Source of the DNA: an uncultured Butyrivibrio sp.
GTDB lineage: Bacteria; Bacillota; Clostridia; Lachnospirales; Lachnospiraceae
Length of the DNA stretch: 43,242 nt
Reading direction: 5' to 3'
Assembly: GCA_946404845.1 (NCBI GenBank)
Contig: CAMJFD010000001.1
Coordinates: 1 to 43,242 of the forward strand
Below are positions 9,125 through 19,448 of the stretch, piece after piece. The position numbers and the translations under genes are program-made. Position 1 is the first letter of the stretch; each line of letters begins with the position of its first letter. Below the pieces are notes generated by a model. That model searched no databases and was not told the origin of the DNA. It saw only the letters and a program-made list of their open reading frames with translations.

Positions 9125-10399
9125 ATGATAAAAAAAGAGATGATTGCCATGTTGCTGGCAGGGGGACAGGGAAGTAGATTAGGAGTCCTGACAGCTAAGA
9201 TGGCTAAGCCGGCAGTATCTTTTGGTGGAAAATACCGAATCATCGATTTTCCACTCAGCAACTGTATTAATTCAGGGGTAGACACAGTTGGCGTCTTGAC
9301 ACAGTATAGGCCGCTTCGGCTTAATTCGCACATTGGTATAGGTATTCCGTGGGATCTCGATCGTAATATCGGTGGAGTTTCTGTTTTGCCGCCTTATGAA
9401 AAGAGTTCCAATAGTGAATGGTATACCGGTACGGCTAATGCTATCTATCAGAATATGGAGTACATGGAGACATACAATCCGGACTATGTATTAATCCTGT
9501 CTGGGGACCATATCTATAAGATGGATTATGAAACAATGCTCGATTTCCATAAGGGAAGCGGAGCAGATGTAACAATCGCAGTAATGCCAGTTCCAATGGA
9601 AGAGGCTAGCAGATTCGGTATCATGATTACTGATGATGACAAGCGAATTGTTGATTTTGAAGAAAAACCAGAGCATCCAAGAAGCAATCTGGCTTCAATG
9701 GGAATTTATATTTTCTCATGGAAAGCTTTAAAAGAGGCACTTATCAAGAATAAGGACCAGTCAGGTCTTGATTTTGGTAAGCATATCATTCCTTATTGTA
9801 AAGATAAGGGACTGTCTCTGTATGCATATGAATTTGATGGATACTGGAAGGATGTAGGAACACTTACATCATATTGGGAAGCTAATATGGAGCTGATCGA
9901 TATCGTTCCAGAATTCAACCTGTATGAAGAATATTGGAAGATATTCACAGCAGGTGATGTACAGCCACCACAGTACCTTGGACCAGATAGTGCAATTGAA
10001 CGCAGTATTATTGGTGAAGGAACAGAAATACTTGGTGAAGTACACAACTCCGTAATTGGACCTGGTGTCAAGATTGGCAAGGGTACAATCGTTAACCACT
10101 CAATTATCATGAATGGTAGCGTTATAGGAGAGAACTGCAATATTGAAAAAGCTATTATTGCTGAAAAGGTAGAAGTTGGAAGTAACGTACAGCTCGGCGC
10201 TTTTGAAGAAGCTGAGAATGAAACTAAGCCAGGCATCTATCGCGAAGGCCTTGTAACTATCGGTGAGAAATCTGTTATTCCAGATGGCGTAAAAGTTGGT
10301 AAGAATACAATGATTTCTGGTGAAACAGTAGCTGCAGATTACCCAGATGGCAAACTAGACAGCGGACGTACACTTGATAAGGGAGGGGCAGCAGAATGA
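9125..10399 (+). CDS. glgC: Glucose-1-phosphate adenylyltransferase
   Basis: [51 protein letters not shown] and a left-handed beta-helix tail; GAGGTG RBS before ATG 9125. Confidence 0.96.
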   Translation: MIKKEMIAMLLAGGQGSRLGVLTAKMAKPAVSFGGKYRIIDFPLSNCINSGVDTVGVLTQYRPLRLNSHIGIGIPWDLDRNIGGVSVLPPYEKSSNSEWYTGTANAIYQNMEYMETYNPDYVLILSGDHIYKMDYETMLDFHKGSGADVTIAVMPVPMEEASRFGIMITDDDKRIVDFEEKPEHPRSNLASMGIYIFSWKALKEALIKNKDQSGLDFGKHIIPYCKDKGLSLYAYEFDGYWKDVGTLTSYWEANMELIDIVPEFNLYEEYWKIFTAGDVQPPQYLGPDSAIERSIIGEGTEILGEVHNSVIGPGVKIGKGTIVNHSIIMNGSVIGENCNIEKAIIAEKVEVGSNVQLGAFEEAENETKPGIYREGLVTIGEKSVIPDGVKVGKNTMISGETVAADYPDGKLDSGRTLDKGGAAE

Positions 10400-11514
10400 G
10401 AGCAATAGGCATAATATTAGCAGGTGGAAGCAGTAACAGAATGCGTGAATTATCCAGAAAGAGAGCTGTCTGTGCTATGCCAGTAGCAGGATTCTATCGT
10501 AGTATTGACTTTGCTCTTTCTAATATGACTAACTCACACATTCAGACAGTAGCGGTATTTACACAGTACAATGCAGGTAGTCTTAACGAACACTTAAGCT
10601 CATCTAAATGGTGGGATTTTGGACGTAAGCAGGGAGGTTTATATGTATTTACTCCTGCAGTTAAGGCAAGTGGTAATCTATGGTATAGAGGTACTGCAGA
10701 TGCAATAGCTCAGAACCTTGAATTCCTCAAGAGCTGCCATGAACCATATGTAATCATTACATCTGGTGACTGTGTTTACAAAATGGATTATAACAAGCTT
10801 CTTGAATATCATATTCAGAAGCAGGCTGATATCACAGTTGTATGTAAGGATATGTCTGCTGATATCGACACAGAGAGATTTGGAACAATTCGTATGAACG
10901 AAGAGAGCCGAATCGAAGAGTTTGAAGAAAAACCAGTAGTAGCAAGATCTAATACTATTTCTTGCGGAATATATGTAATCAGAAGACGCCAGCTCATTGA
11001 ACTCATTGAGAAGGCACAGGCTGAAGAGAGATATGATTTCGTAAGAGATATCCTTGTAAGATATAAGGATATGAAGCGTATCTATGGATACAAGATTAAG
11101 AGCTATTGGAACAACATTGCATCAGTAGAAGACTATTACAGAACTAATATGGATTTCCTCAAACCAGAGGTAAGAGAACATTTCTTTAGAGAATACCCTG
11201 GTGTATATACTAAGATTGCAGATCTTCCTCCAGCTAAATACAACGTTGGAGTAAGCGTCAAGAATGCTCTTGTATCAAGTGGTTGTATTATCAATGGTAC
11301 AGTAGAAGATTCAGTTATCTTTAAGGGAGCATTCGTAGGTAATAACTGTTATATCAAGAATTCTATTATCCTTAATGATGTTTATATAGGTGATAACACA
11401 CACATCGAAAATTGTATTGTTGAGAGCCATGGTACTATCCAGGCTAACTCATTCTACAAAGGGGAAAATGGAATTAAGATAGTAGTTGAAAGCAACGAGA
11501 GGTATGTAATCTAA
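10396..11514 (+). CDS. glgD: Glucose-1-phosphate adenylyltransferase subunit GlgD
   Basis: GlgC paralogue with degenerate motifs ([20 protein letters not shown]); ATGA overlap with the glgC stop. Confidence 0.92.
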   Translation: MRAIGIILAGGSSNRMRELSRKRAVCAMPVAGFYRSIDFALSNMTNSHIQTVAVFTQYNAGSLNEHLSSSKWWDFGRKQGGLYVFTPAVKASGNLWYRGTADAIAQNLEFLKSCHEPYVIITSGDCVYKMDYNKLLEYHIQKQADITVVCKDMSADIDTERFGTIRMNEESRIEEFEEKPVVARSNTISCGIYVIRRRQLIELIEKAQAEERYDFVRDILVRYKDMKRIYGYKIKSYWNNIASVEDYYRTNMDFLKPEVREHFFREYPGVYTKIADLPPAKYNVGVSVKNALVSSGCIINGTVEDSVIFKGAFVGNNCYIKNSIILNDVYIGDNTHIENCIVESHGTIQANSFYKGENGIKIVVESNERYVI

Positions 11515-11550
11515 CCAAATAGCACACACATTAAGAGGGGGTTACCTAAG

Positions 11551-11838
11551 ATGAACATAACAGATGTGCGAGTAAGAAAAGTAGCAAAGAAGGGAAAGAT
11601 GCGTGCAATAGCATCAATAACATTTGATAATGAATTTGTAGTTCATGATATCAAGGTTATTGAAGGCGATAAAGGCTTATTTATCGCTATGCCTAGCAAA
11701 AAGTCTGCAGATGGAGAATACCGCGATATTGCCCATCCTATTAATTCTGAGACCAGACAGTCTATTCAGAACCTGGTTCTTGAAGCTTATGATAAAGCAG
11801 AAGATCCTGTAGAGGGCGAAGAGGTAGCTGCAGAATAA
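11551..11838 (+). CDS. spoVG: Septation regulator SpoVG (nucleic-acid-binding protein)
   Basis: [10 protein letters not shown]...[19 protein letters not shown]...YRDIAHPIN. Confidence 0.96.
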   Translation: MNITDVRVRKVAKKGKMRAIASITFDNEFVVHDIKVIEGDKGLFIAMPSKKSADGEYRDIAHPINSETRQSIQNLVLEAYDKAEDPVEGEEVAAE

Positions 11839-11894
11839 TGCAGACTTAAATACATATTTTGCTTTTTGCTAAAAAGGTATTTTGGGACAAGCAG

Positions 11895-11956
11895 AGCCGC
11901 CACTGGAAAAGTGTATCATTAATATTTGATATGCTTTTCGAGTGGCGGCTTTTTTT
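11895..11956 (+). terminator. Intrinsic terminator after spoVG
   Basis: Long stem AGCCGCCACT...AGTGGCGGCT followed by a T-tract. Confidence 0.85.
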
Positions 11957-12059
11957 ACATATAATTAATGAAAAATTTGTGTGCAATTCTTTTTTGAGTA
12001 TAATATGATGATAAGGAATTTATGAAAATAGAAATTACTATATTAGAAAGGCAATTTAG

Positions 12060-12638
12060 ATGTACATTATTGCAGGACTGGGAAACCCAGAGAGAAAATA
12101 TGAAGGAACCAGACATAACATAGGCTTTGAAGTAATAGATAAGCTCTGTGATAAATATGATATAAAGCTAAATGAGAGCAAATTCAATGCTGTTTTTGGC
12201 AAAGGAATGATAGGAAGTGAAAAGGTCATACTCGTAAAACCACTCACATACATGAATCTGAGCGGTGAAGCCATAAGACCAATTGCAGACTATTATAAGG
12301 TAGATACAACAGAAGAATTAATTGTAATATCTGATGATATAGACCTGGATGTTGGTGCTATCAGAATTAGAGCTAAAGGAAGTGCCGGCGGACATAACGG
12401 ACTTAAAAATATTATTCAGCAGCTGGGACACCAGGAATTTAGCAGGGTAAGAGTTGGTGTTGGCAAAAAGCCCGAGGGGTCAGATCTTGTAAACTGGGTT
12501 CTGGGACATTTTGAAGGGAGTGACAGACCATTAATAGAAGCTTCCAAGGAAAATGCTGCAGATGCTGTAGTTGAAATTATGAACAATGGCCCTGACAGCG
12601 CAATGAATAAATTTAATGGCAAAATTGCCGAAGTATAA
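12060..12638 (+). CDS. pth: Peptidyl-tRNA hydrolase
   Basis: GLGNP...TRHNIGF, KPLTYMNLSG, GGHNGLK. Confidence 0.97.
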   Translation: MYIIAGLGNPERKYEGTRHNIGFEVIDKLCDKYDIKLNESKFNAVFGKGMIGSEKVILVKPLTYMNLSGEAIRPIADYYKVDTTEELIVISDDIDLDVGAIRIRAKGSAGGHNGLKNIIQQLGHQEFSRVRVGVGKKPEGSDLVNWVLGHFEGSDRPLIEASKENAADAVVEIMNNGPDSAMNKFNGKIAEV

Positions 12639-12706
12639 TTATAATAAGAAATTTTTTTCATTAATATATTGAACCAATAACAGATTCACTTAAGGTAGGA
12701 ATATAT

Positions 12707-15700
12707 ATGAGAGCAATAGAAGCTCCTCTTATGGAGCTTGATGAATTTAAGAAACTGAATACATATCTTGAAAAGCCTTTTGCATGCGCACATGTATCAG
12801 GATGCGTAGATTCTCAGAAACTACATTTCATAAATGGAATTGCAAATGATTTCAGATATAGAATTATTGTTACGTATAGTGATCTAAGGGCCAAAGAGAT
12901 ACTTGAAGATTACAAATTCTATGACAAAAACGTAACTGTATATCCTGCCAAGGATCTTATTTTTTATCAGGCAGATGTACATAGTAATGATATTGTCAAA
13001 GAGAGAATAAAATGTCTCAGAAGGCTTATAGAGGGAAGACCAATTACTGTGGTAACAACGTTTGATTCTCTCATGACGAGGCAGATTCCTATAGAGACAA
13101 TCAGAGATAATGTTCTTGAACTTGATAAGAGGAAGCCTGTTGACCAGGCTAACATAGCAAAGAGACTGGTCAAAATGGGATATGAAAAGGCTTATCAGGT
13201 AGAACAGCCTGGACAGTTCGCTATAAGAGGCGATATCATTGATGTTTTTGATCTGACAGAAGAAAATCCATACAGAATAGAGCTGTGGGGCGATGATGTA
13301 GAATCAATCAGAAGCTTTGATATATTATCACAGCGTTCCATAGAAAAACTTGAATCTGTTTCAATTTATCCAGCTACAGAAATTATTCTTGATGATGATC
13401 AGAAAAAAGCCGGAATGAAAAAGATACAGGATGAAACTGATGAAATCGTAGAAAAACTGCGTGCAGAGTTTAAGACAGAAGAAGCTCATCATCTAAAAAG
13501 CATGATAGATGAGATGAGAGAAGGCCTTCTTGAACTGGATCAGACAGTAAACCTTGAGAGTTATATTACTTATTTCTATGATGAGACTGTTTCGTTCCTT
13601 GAACTATTTCCTAAGGGCAAGAGCTGTGTGTTCATAGATGAGCCTCAGCACGTTGCAGAACATGGAATGGCTGTAGAGACAGAATTTAGAGAAAGTATGA
13701 TACACAGATCAGAGAAGGGTTATGCACTTCCAGGTCAGATGGACATACTATTTGATGTTAATAAATGTATTGCAAGAATGGGAAATGGCAGACGAGTACT
13801 GATATCTACGCTTCCGGTACCAAAGTCGCAGAACCCGTTTGAACCAGAGAAGACATATGATATAAGCGCAAGGAGTATAGCGCCTTATAATAACAGCTTT
13901 GACTCTCTTGTAAGTGACCTTAAGAAATATGTCAAAAAAGGTTACAGAGTACTGATTCTATCAGGATCACGAACAAGGGCAAAGCGTATCGTAGAGAATC
14001 TGCATGATCAGCTGATAACAGCATTTTATAGTGAAGATCCGGGAAGAGTATTACAGCCTGGTGAAGTCATGACATATTATGGAAGAATACTGAAGGGATT
14101 TGAATACCCTTCTATTAAGTTTGCCGTAATAGCAGAGAGTGACATTTTCACAGAACATCAGAAGAAGCGTCGCAAGAAAAAGTCAGAGTATAAGGGTGAA
14201 AAGATAAGTACCTTTGCTGATCTTAAGGTTGGAGACTATGTAGTTCATGAGGCTCATGGACTTGGTGTATATAAAGGTATAGAGAAGATAGAGACAGACC
14301 ATGTAACCAAGGATTATATCAAAATCGAATATAGAGATGGCGGAAATCTCTATGTTCTGGCTACAGGTCTTGATGTAATACAAAAATATGCAAGCGGCGG
14401 TGATGAGACTGCACATAAGCCAAAGCTCAATAAACTTGGTACAGGCGACTGGAATAAGACTAAGAGTAAGGTTAAGACTGCGGTCGAAGAAGTAGCCCAG
14501 GATCTTATTGAACTCTATGCCAAGAGGCGAGATGCCAAGGGATATGAATTCAGCCAGGATACCGTATGGCAGCAGGAATTTGAAGACGCTTTTCCATATC
14601 AGGAGACGGATGATCAGCTGAGTGCCATAGAAGCTACCAAGAAGGATATGGAGAGCTCTGGTATCATGGACAGACTCATCTGCGGAGACGTTGGATTTGG
14701 TAAGACTGAGATAGCCATAAGAGCAGCCTTTAAGGCTATACAGGATGGCAAGCAGGTAGCGGTCCTGGTGCCTACAACAATTCTGGCCCAGCAGCACTAT
14801 AACACCTTTATGAGCAGAATGAAGGACTTCCCTGTTACAGTAGAGATGCTCTCAAGATTCAGAACACCATCTGAGCAAAAGAGAGCCATTGAAGGCCTTA
14901 GAAAAGGCCAGGTAGACATAATAATAGGTACACACAGATTATTGTCCAAAGACGTTGTATATAAGGACCTTGGATTGTTAATAGTAGATGAAGAGCAAAG
15001 ATTTGGTGTAACTCATAAGGAAAAACTTAAGACACTTAAGGAAAACATAGATGTGCTGACACTGTCTGCAACACCTATTCCGCGTACTCTTCACATGTCA
15101 CTTGTAGGTATAAGGGATATGAGCGTACTGGAAGAAGCACCAAATGACCGTATGCCTATACAGACTTACGTTATGGAATACAATGACGAAATGGTCAGAG
15201 AGGCCATTGTGCGTGAGCTTTCCAGAAACGGACAGGTTTACTATGTTTATAACAGAGTTAATGATATAGCAGATGTGGCAGCCAGAATACAGAAACTCGT
15301 TCCGGAGGCAAATGTTGCTTTTGCCCATGGTCAGATGAAAGAGACAGAGCTTGAAAAGATAATGTATGACTTTATCGATGGAGATGTCGATGTACTGGTA
15401 TCAACAACTATTATTGAGACAGGTCTTGATATACCAAATGTTAATACTATGATCATTCATGATTCAGATCAGATGGGACTGTCACAGCTCTATCAGCTGA
15501 GAGGACGAGTTGGACGTTCTAACAGATCAGCCTATGCATTCCTTATGCATAAGCGTAACAAGATGTTAAAAGAAGTTGCGGAGAAGAGACTCTCAGCGAT
15601 AAGAGAGTTCACAGATCTTGGATCTGGATTCAAAATAGCCATGAGAGATCTTGAAATACGAGGAGCGGGTAACCTTCTTGGACGTAAGCAGAGTGGACAT

Positions 15701-16276
15701 ATGGCAGCTGTAGGTTATGACCTGTATTGCAAGATGCTAAATGAAGCGGTAATAAGAGCCAAAGGTCTTGGCGGGGATCTGTCAGATGCAGACTTTACAA
15801 CAAGCATAGACCTTGATGCTGATGCATTTATACCTGCTAATTACATATTAAATGAAGAGCAGAAGCTTGAAATATACAAGAGAATTGCAGGAATTGAGAA
15901 TCAGGGTGAATGTGATGACATGAAGGATGAGCTTCTTGACAGATTTGGTGAAATTCCAGAATCTGTAGAAAATCTGCTTAGAATTTCTGTTATAAGAGAC
16001 AGGGCTCATAACCTCTATATCACAGAGATAAAGGGCGGTGACGGAGAAGTTACATTTAAGATGAACGCATCTGCCAGGATAAAAGCAAATGAAATACCAT
16101 TGTTTATGAAAGCAATGAAGGGTAAAATGGCATTTAGGACTTCTGGAACACCTCTTTTTATTTATAAATACAAAAAAGAAGGCTCACCAGAAAAGTCAGC
16201 ACAAAAGTTAATACAGGATACAGAAGAAATACTAACAATGATGGAGAATATGCTTCTTGAAAAAAAGGAAGCGTAG
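12707..16276 (+). CDS. mfd: Transcription-repair coupling factor
   Basis: 1189 aa; UvrB-homology N-terminus, CarD-like GDYVVHEAHGLG, GDVGFGKT, DEEQRFG, SATPIPR, QLRGRVGR, RDLEIRGAG. Confidence 0.98.
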   Translation: MRAIEAPLMELDEFKKLNTYLEKPFACAHVSGCVDSQKLHFINGIANDFRYRIIVTYSDLRAKEILEDYKFYDKNVTVYPAKDLIFYQADVHSNDIVKERIKCLRRLIEGRPITVVTTFDSLMTRQIPIETIRDNVLELDKRKPVDQANIAKRLVKMGYEKAYQVEQPGQFAIRGDIIDVFDLTEENPYRIELWGDDVESIRSFDILSQRSIEKLESVSIYPATEIILDDDQKKAGMKKIQDETDEIVEKLRAEFKTEEAHHLKSMIDEMREGLLELDQTVNLESYITYFYDETVSFLELFPKGKSCVFIDEPQHVAEHGMAVETEFRESMIHRSEKGYALPGQMDILFDVNKCIARMGNGRRVLISTLPVPKSQNPFEPEKTYDISARSIAPYNNSFDSLVSDLKKYVKKGYRVLILSGSRTRAKRIVENLHDQLITAFYSEDPGRVLQPGEVMTYYGRILKGFEYPSIKFAVIAESDIFTEHQKKRRKKKSEYKGEKISTFADLKVGDYVVHEAHGLGVYKGIEKIETDHVTKDYIKIEYRDGGNLYVLATGLDVIQKYASGGDETAHKPKLNKLGTGDWNKTKSKVKTAVEEVAQDLIELYAKRRDAKGYEFSQDTVWQQEFEDAFPYQETDDQLSAIEATKKDMESSGIMDRLICGDVGFGKTEIAIRAAFKAIQDGKQVAVLVPTTILAQQHYNTFMSRMKDFPVTVEMLSRFRTPSEQKRAIEGLRKGQVDIIIGTHRLLSKDVVYKDLGLLIVDEEQRFGVTHKEKLKTLKENIDVLTLSATPIPRTLHMSLVGIRDMSVLEEAPNDRMPIQTYVMEYNDEMVREAIVRELSRNGQVYYVYNRVNDIADVAARIQKLVPEANVAFAHGQMKETELEKIMYDFIDGDVDVLVSTTIIETGLDIPNVNTMIIHDSDQMGLSQLYQLRGRVGRSNRSAYAFLMHKRNKMLKEVAEKRLSAIREFTDLGSGFKIAMRDLEIRGAGNLLGRKQSGHMAAVGYDLYCKMLNEAVIRAKGLGGDLSDADFTTSIDLDADAFIPANYILNEEQKLEIYKRIAGIENQGECDDMKDELLDRFGEIPESVENLLRISVIRDRAHNLYITEIKGGDGEVTFKMNASARIKANEIPLFMKAMKGKMAFRTSGTPLFIYKYKKEGSPEKSAQKLIQDTEEILTMMENMLLEKKEA

Positions 16277-16294
16277 AAAAGCGAGGAGACAGGC

Positions 16295-17488
16295 ATGATT
16301 AATGAGACTTACAAGCAGATGCTTTCAGGAAAATCAGTAATTAGAGAGCTCTCAGAATACGCAACAAAAAGGGGACAGGAAATTGGATATGAAAATGTAT
16401 TTGATTTTAGTTTGGGAAATCCTTCTGTTCCAGCACCACAGTCATTTACAGATGAAATGATCAGACTTTTGCAGGAAGGTGATCCAATGGATCTTCATGG
16501 ATATACACCTAGCCTTGGTAATGCTCAGTACAAAAAGGCAATTGCAGAATCTTTGAATGAAAGATTCGGTATGAATTATGGACCAGAGCACATTTTTCCA
16601 ACAACAGGAGCGGCAGGTGCTATTGCGCATGCAGTTCGCTGCGTGACTAAGCCTGGTGATGAAGTTATAACATTTGCGCCATGTTTTTCTGAATACACAC
16701 CATATGTAGATGGAACAGGTGCTTCACTTAAGATAGTTCCACCAGATACAGAAACATTCCAGATCAACTTCGAGGAATTTGAGAAGATGATCACAGACAA
16801 GACTGCAGCTGTACTAGTTAATACACCTAATAACCCATCAGGTATTGCTTATTCAACACAGACACTTGAGCAGCTATCTGATATTCTTACAAAATACTCT
16901 GAGAAATATGGACATACTATTTTCCTTATTTCAGATGAGCCATATAGAGAAATCGTATATAAGGGTGCTGATTCACCATATGTATCAAAGTTCTATGACC
17001 ACACATTATCATGCTATTCATTCTCTAAGGCATTATCACTTCCTGGAGAAAGAATAGGATATGTTGCAGTTAATCCAGCCTGTGAAGGCGCTGATATCAT
17101 CGTGCCTATGTGCGGACAGATATCAAGAGGTACAGGACACAACTGCCCACCATCTATTATCCAGCAGGCTGTAGCCAAGGTATGCGGTGAGACATCAGAC
17201 CTTTCTGTATATGAAGTTAATATGAATATTATATATGAAACACTTGTGGAACTTGGATTTACATGTGTTAAGCCAGGCGGAACATTCTATATATTCCCTA
17301 AGGCACTTGAAGAAGACTCAATTGCATTCTGTAATAAAGCTAAGGATTATGACCTTATATTTGTTCCAGGTGACGGATTTGGTGCAAAGGGCTTTTTCAG
17401 AATAGCGTATTGTATAGATACAGAAAAGGTTAAGCGTGCAATGCCTAGACTTAAGCAGTTTGTAGAAGAACAGTATCCAAACCGCTAA
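16295..17488 (+). CDS. PLP-dependent aminotransferase class I/II (aspartate aminotransferase-like)
   Basis: LGNP, NTPNNPSG, SDEPY and the PLP-lysine motif SFSKALSLPGERIG. Confidence 0.9.
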   Translation: MINETYKQMLSGKSVIRELSEYATKRGQEIGYENVFDFSLGNPSVPAPQSFTDEMIRLLQEGDPMDLHGYTPSLGNAQYKKAIAESLNERFGMNYGPEHIFPTTGAAGAIAHAVRCVTKPGDEVITFAPCFSEYTPYVDGTGASLKIVPPDTETFQINFEEFEKMITDKTAAVLVNTPNNPSGIAYSTQTLEQLSDILTKYSEKYGHTIFLISDEPYREIVYKGADSPYVSKFYDHTLSCYSFSKALSLPGERIGYVAVNPACEGADIIVPMCGQISRGTGHNCPPSIIQQAVAKVCGETSDLSVYEVNMNIIYETLVELGFTCVKPGGTFYIFPKALEEDSIAFCNKAKDYDLIFVPGDGFGAKGFFRIAYCIDTEKVKRAMPRLKQFVEEQYPNR

Positions 17489-17513
17489 TATTTAATTTGA
17501 GGAGAAAAAAGTT

Positions 17514-18347
17514 ATGTTAGATATTTTGAAAGCCATATTATTCGGCATTGTAGAAGGAATAACAGAATGGCTTCCAATTAGTTCAACAGGTCACATGATT
17601 CTGTTAAATGAATTTGTCAAAATGAATGTTTCAGAAGATTTCTGGAACATGTTCCTTGTAGTAATACAGCTTGGTGCAATTCTTGCCGTAGTTATTATGT
17701 TCTGGAACAAGATATTCCCATTTAATCTAAGCAAAAAAGCCAGAGAAGAACACAGGGTCAACCGTAAAGATATATGGAGTCTCTGGGGCAAGATACTTGT
17801 AGCCTGCGTTCCGGCAGCTATTGTAGGTGTACTATTTGATGACTGGCTCGATGAGCATTTATATAACGCAGTAGTAGTAGCAATTATGCTGATTCTCTTT
17901 GGTATTGGATTTATTATTATCGAGAATAGAAATAAAGGCAAAAATGCTGTTATCAATACACTTGATGAGATTGATTATAAAACAGCCCTTCTTATTGGTG
18001 TATTTCAGTTAATAGCAGCTATTTTCCCTGGAACATCAAGATCTGGAGCAACAATTCTTGGAGCCCTTATGATAGGAGTATCAAGAACAGTAGCTGCAGA
18101 ATTTACATTCTTCCTTGCAATACCAGTTATGTTTGGAGCAAGCCTTTTAAAGCTTGTTAAATACGGCCTTGCATTTACAGGATCAGAACTTATGATTCTT
18201 GTAGTAGGAATGGTAGTAGCATTTGTTGTATCTCTTATAGTTATTAAGTTCCTCATGGGTTATATCAGAAAGCACGATTTCAAGGTATTTGGATGGTACA
18301 GAATCGTACTTGGTATAGTTGTACTTGTATATTTTGCACTCAAATAA
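17514..18347 (+). CDS. uppP: Undecaprenyl-diphosphate phosphatase
   Basis: GIVEGITEWLPISSTGH, PGTSRSGAT, multiple TM helices. Confidence 0.96.
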   Translation: MLDILKAILFGIVEGITEWLPISSTGHMILLNEFVKMNVSEDFWNMFLVVIQLGAILAVVIMFWNKIFPFNLSKKAREEHRVNRKDIWSLWGKILVACVPAAIVGVLFDDWLDEHLYNAVVVAIMLILFGIGFIIIENRNKGKNAVINTLDEIDYKTALLIGVFQLIAAIFPGTSRSGATILGALMIGVSRTVAAEFTFFLAIPVMFGASLLKLVKYGLAFTGSELMILVVGMVVAFVVSLIVIKFLMGYIRKHDFKVFGWYRIVLGIVVLVYFALK

Positions 18348-18380
18348 GTGCTAAAAAGCCCTAGAAAAGCCTAAATTCCT

Positions 18381-18409
18381 TTGACATTGCCCCTATAAAG
18401 GAGTAAACT
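18381..18409 (+). promoter_or_regulatory. Sigma-A promoter of the Lys/Ala-rich gene
   Basis: TTGACA-17 bp-TAAACT. Confidence 0.7.
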
Positions 18410-18470
18410 TTATTTTGTAGAATGTTTAACCAAAAAACATTAGAAAAAGTTTTTGAAAGGGGAGAAATGT

Positions 18471-19085
18471 ATGGCAGAGGAGAAAAGTATTCCGGCTAAG
18501 CCAATCGCAACTATCAAAAAGATGCCTGTAATCAAACAGGACATCAAAAAAGATGTTGAAGAAAAGGCTGCTGAAGTTAAGAAGACAGCTGAAGCAAAGA
18601 AAACTGCTGTAAAAGCTGCCGCTACTAAAAAGGCTGCGGATACTAAGAAAAAAGCGGCTGACAAAGCTACTACAGTTAAGAAGACAGCAACAGCCAAAAA
18701 GACTGAAGCCAAGAAAGCTGTAGAAGCTAAAAAAGATGAAGTAAAAAAGACTACAGAAGCTAAGAAAACTGAAGTTAAAAAAGCTGTTGAAACTAAAAAA
18801 GCTGAAGTTAAAAAGGCACCAGCTAAGAAAACTACAGCAGCTAAAAAACCTGCAGCAAAGAAGGCTGCTCCAGCTAAGGCTGAGATAAAGGTAGCTGTTA
18901 ATCTTCAGTTTGCTGATAAGAACATAACATATGATGAAATCGTTCAGAATGCCAAGAATGTATGGCAGTATGACAAGGGCCAAAATGTTGATGACATTAA
19001 GAGCCTTGATTTATATGTTAAGCCAGAAGAAGACAGAGTTTACTATGTCATTAATGGCACTGAGAATGGAAATTTTGCTCTTTAA
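18471..19085 (+). CDS. Lys/Ala-rich histone-H1-like protein with DUF6465-like C-terminal domain
   Basis: AKK/TKK/PAKK repeats followed by LQF...W...LYVKPEEDRVYYVING; AAGGGGAG RBS before ATG 18471. Confidence 0.75.
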   Translation: MAEEKSIPAKPIATIKKMPVIKQDIKKDVEEKAAEVKKTAEAKKTAVKAAATKKAADTKKKAADKATTVKKTATAKKTEAKKAVEAKKDEVKKTTEAKKTEVKKAVETKKAEVKKAPAKKTTAAKKPAAKKAAPAKAEIKVAVNLQFADKNITYDEIVQNAKNVWQYDKGQNVDDIKSLDLYVKPEEDRVYYVINGTENGNFAL

Positions 19086-19222
19086 TATAGAGAAATAAGG
19101 GAAATTTATAGGATAAAGCAAAAAAGTCTTGTTACTTATTTTATTTAAATTTGAATTTGATTACATCCAATAACAAACTTAAATTTAAATGTCTGATATA
19201 TTCAAATATGTTAAGTCATTTT

Positions 19223-19252
19223 GGGAGCTATGCATTGCATGGCTCCTTTCTT
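19223..19252 (+). terminator. Intrinsic terminator upstream of the hrcA promoter
   Basis: GGAGCTATGC...GCATGGCTCC stem followed by TTTCTT. Confidence 0.6.
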
Positions 19253-19327
19253 AATTCCCTTCAAATTATATGCAAATATTCATAATGCACTTTATTCATT
19301 TTTTATAATTAATTACAGCATGTGTTG

Positions 19328-19356
19328 TTGACAAGTGGATTGCATAGTGATAATTT
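19328..19356 (+). promoter_or_regulatory. Sigma-A promoter of the hrcA-dnaK operon
   Basis: TTGACA-17 bp-TAATTT with TGn extension, just upstream of CIRCE. Confidence 0.75.
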
Positions 19357-19372
19357 AGTGTACAGAAAGATG

Positions 19373-19399
19373 TTAGCACTCAAGTCGAGTGAGTGCTAA
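19373..19399. promoter_or_regulatory. CIRCE operator (HrcA site)
   Basis: Perfect TTAGCACTC-N9-GAGTGCTAA. Confidence 0.98.
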
Positions 19400-19448
19400 C
19401 ACCCATAAAAAGCTTATGCTTAAAGGTATACAGAAAGGGGTGATGGTC

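Noticed and set aside
18426-18983. 185-aa Phe/Ser-rich antisense ORF
   Set aside because: Shadow of the AAA/AAG/GCT-rich sense gene; no RBS or recognisable motif.
19389-19448. N-terminal extension of HrcA in the ORF track
   Set aside because: It starts inside CIRCE without an RBS; the SD-supported start is near 19449. Similar over-extensions were trimmed for murC, glgC, rnj, glnA and the HPr-like gene.
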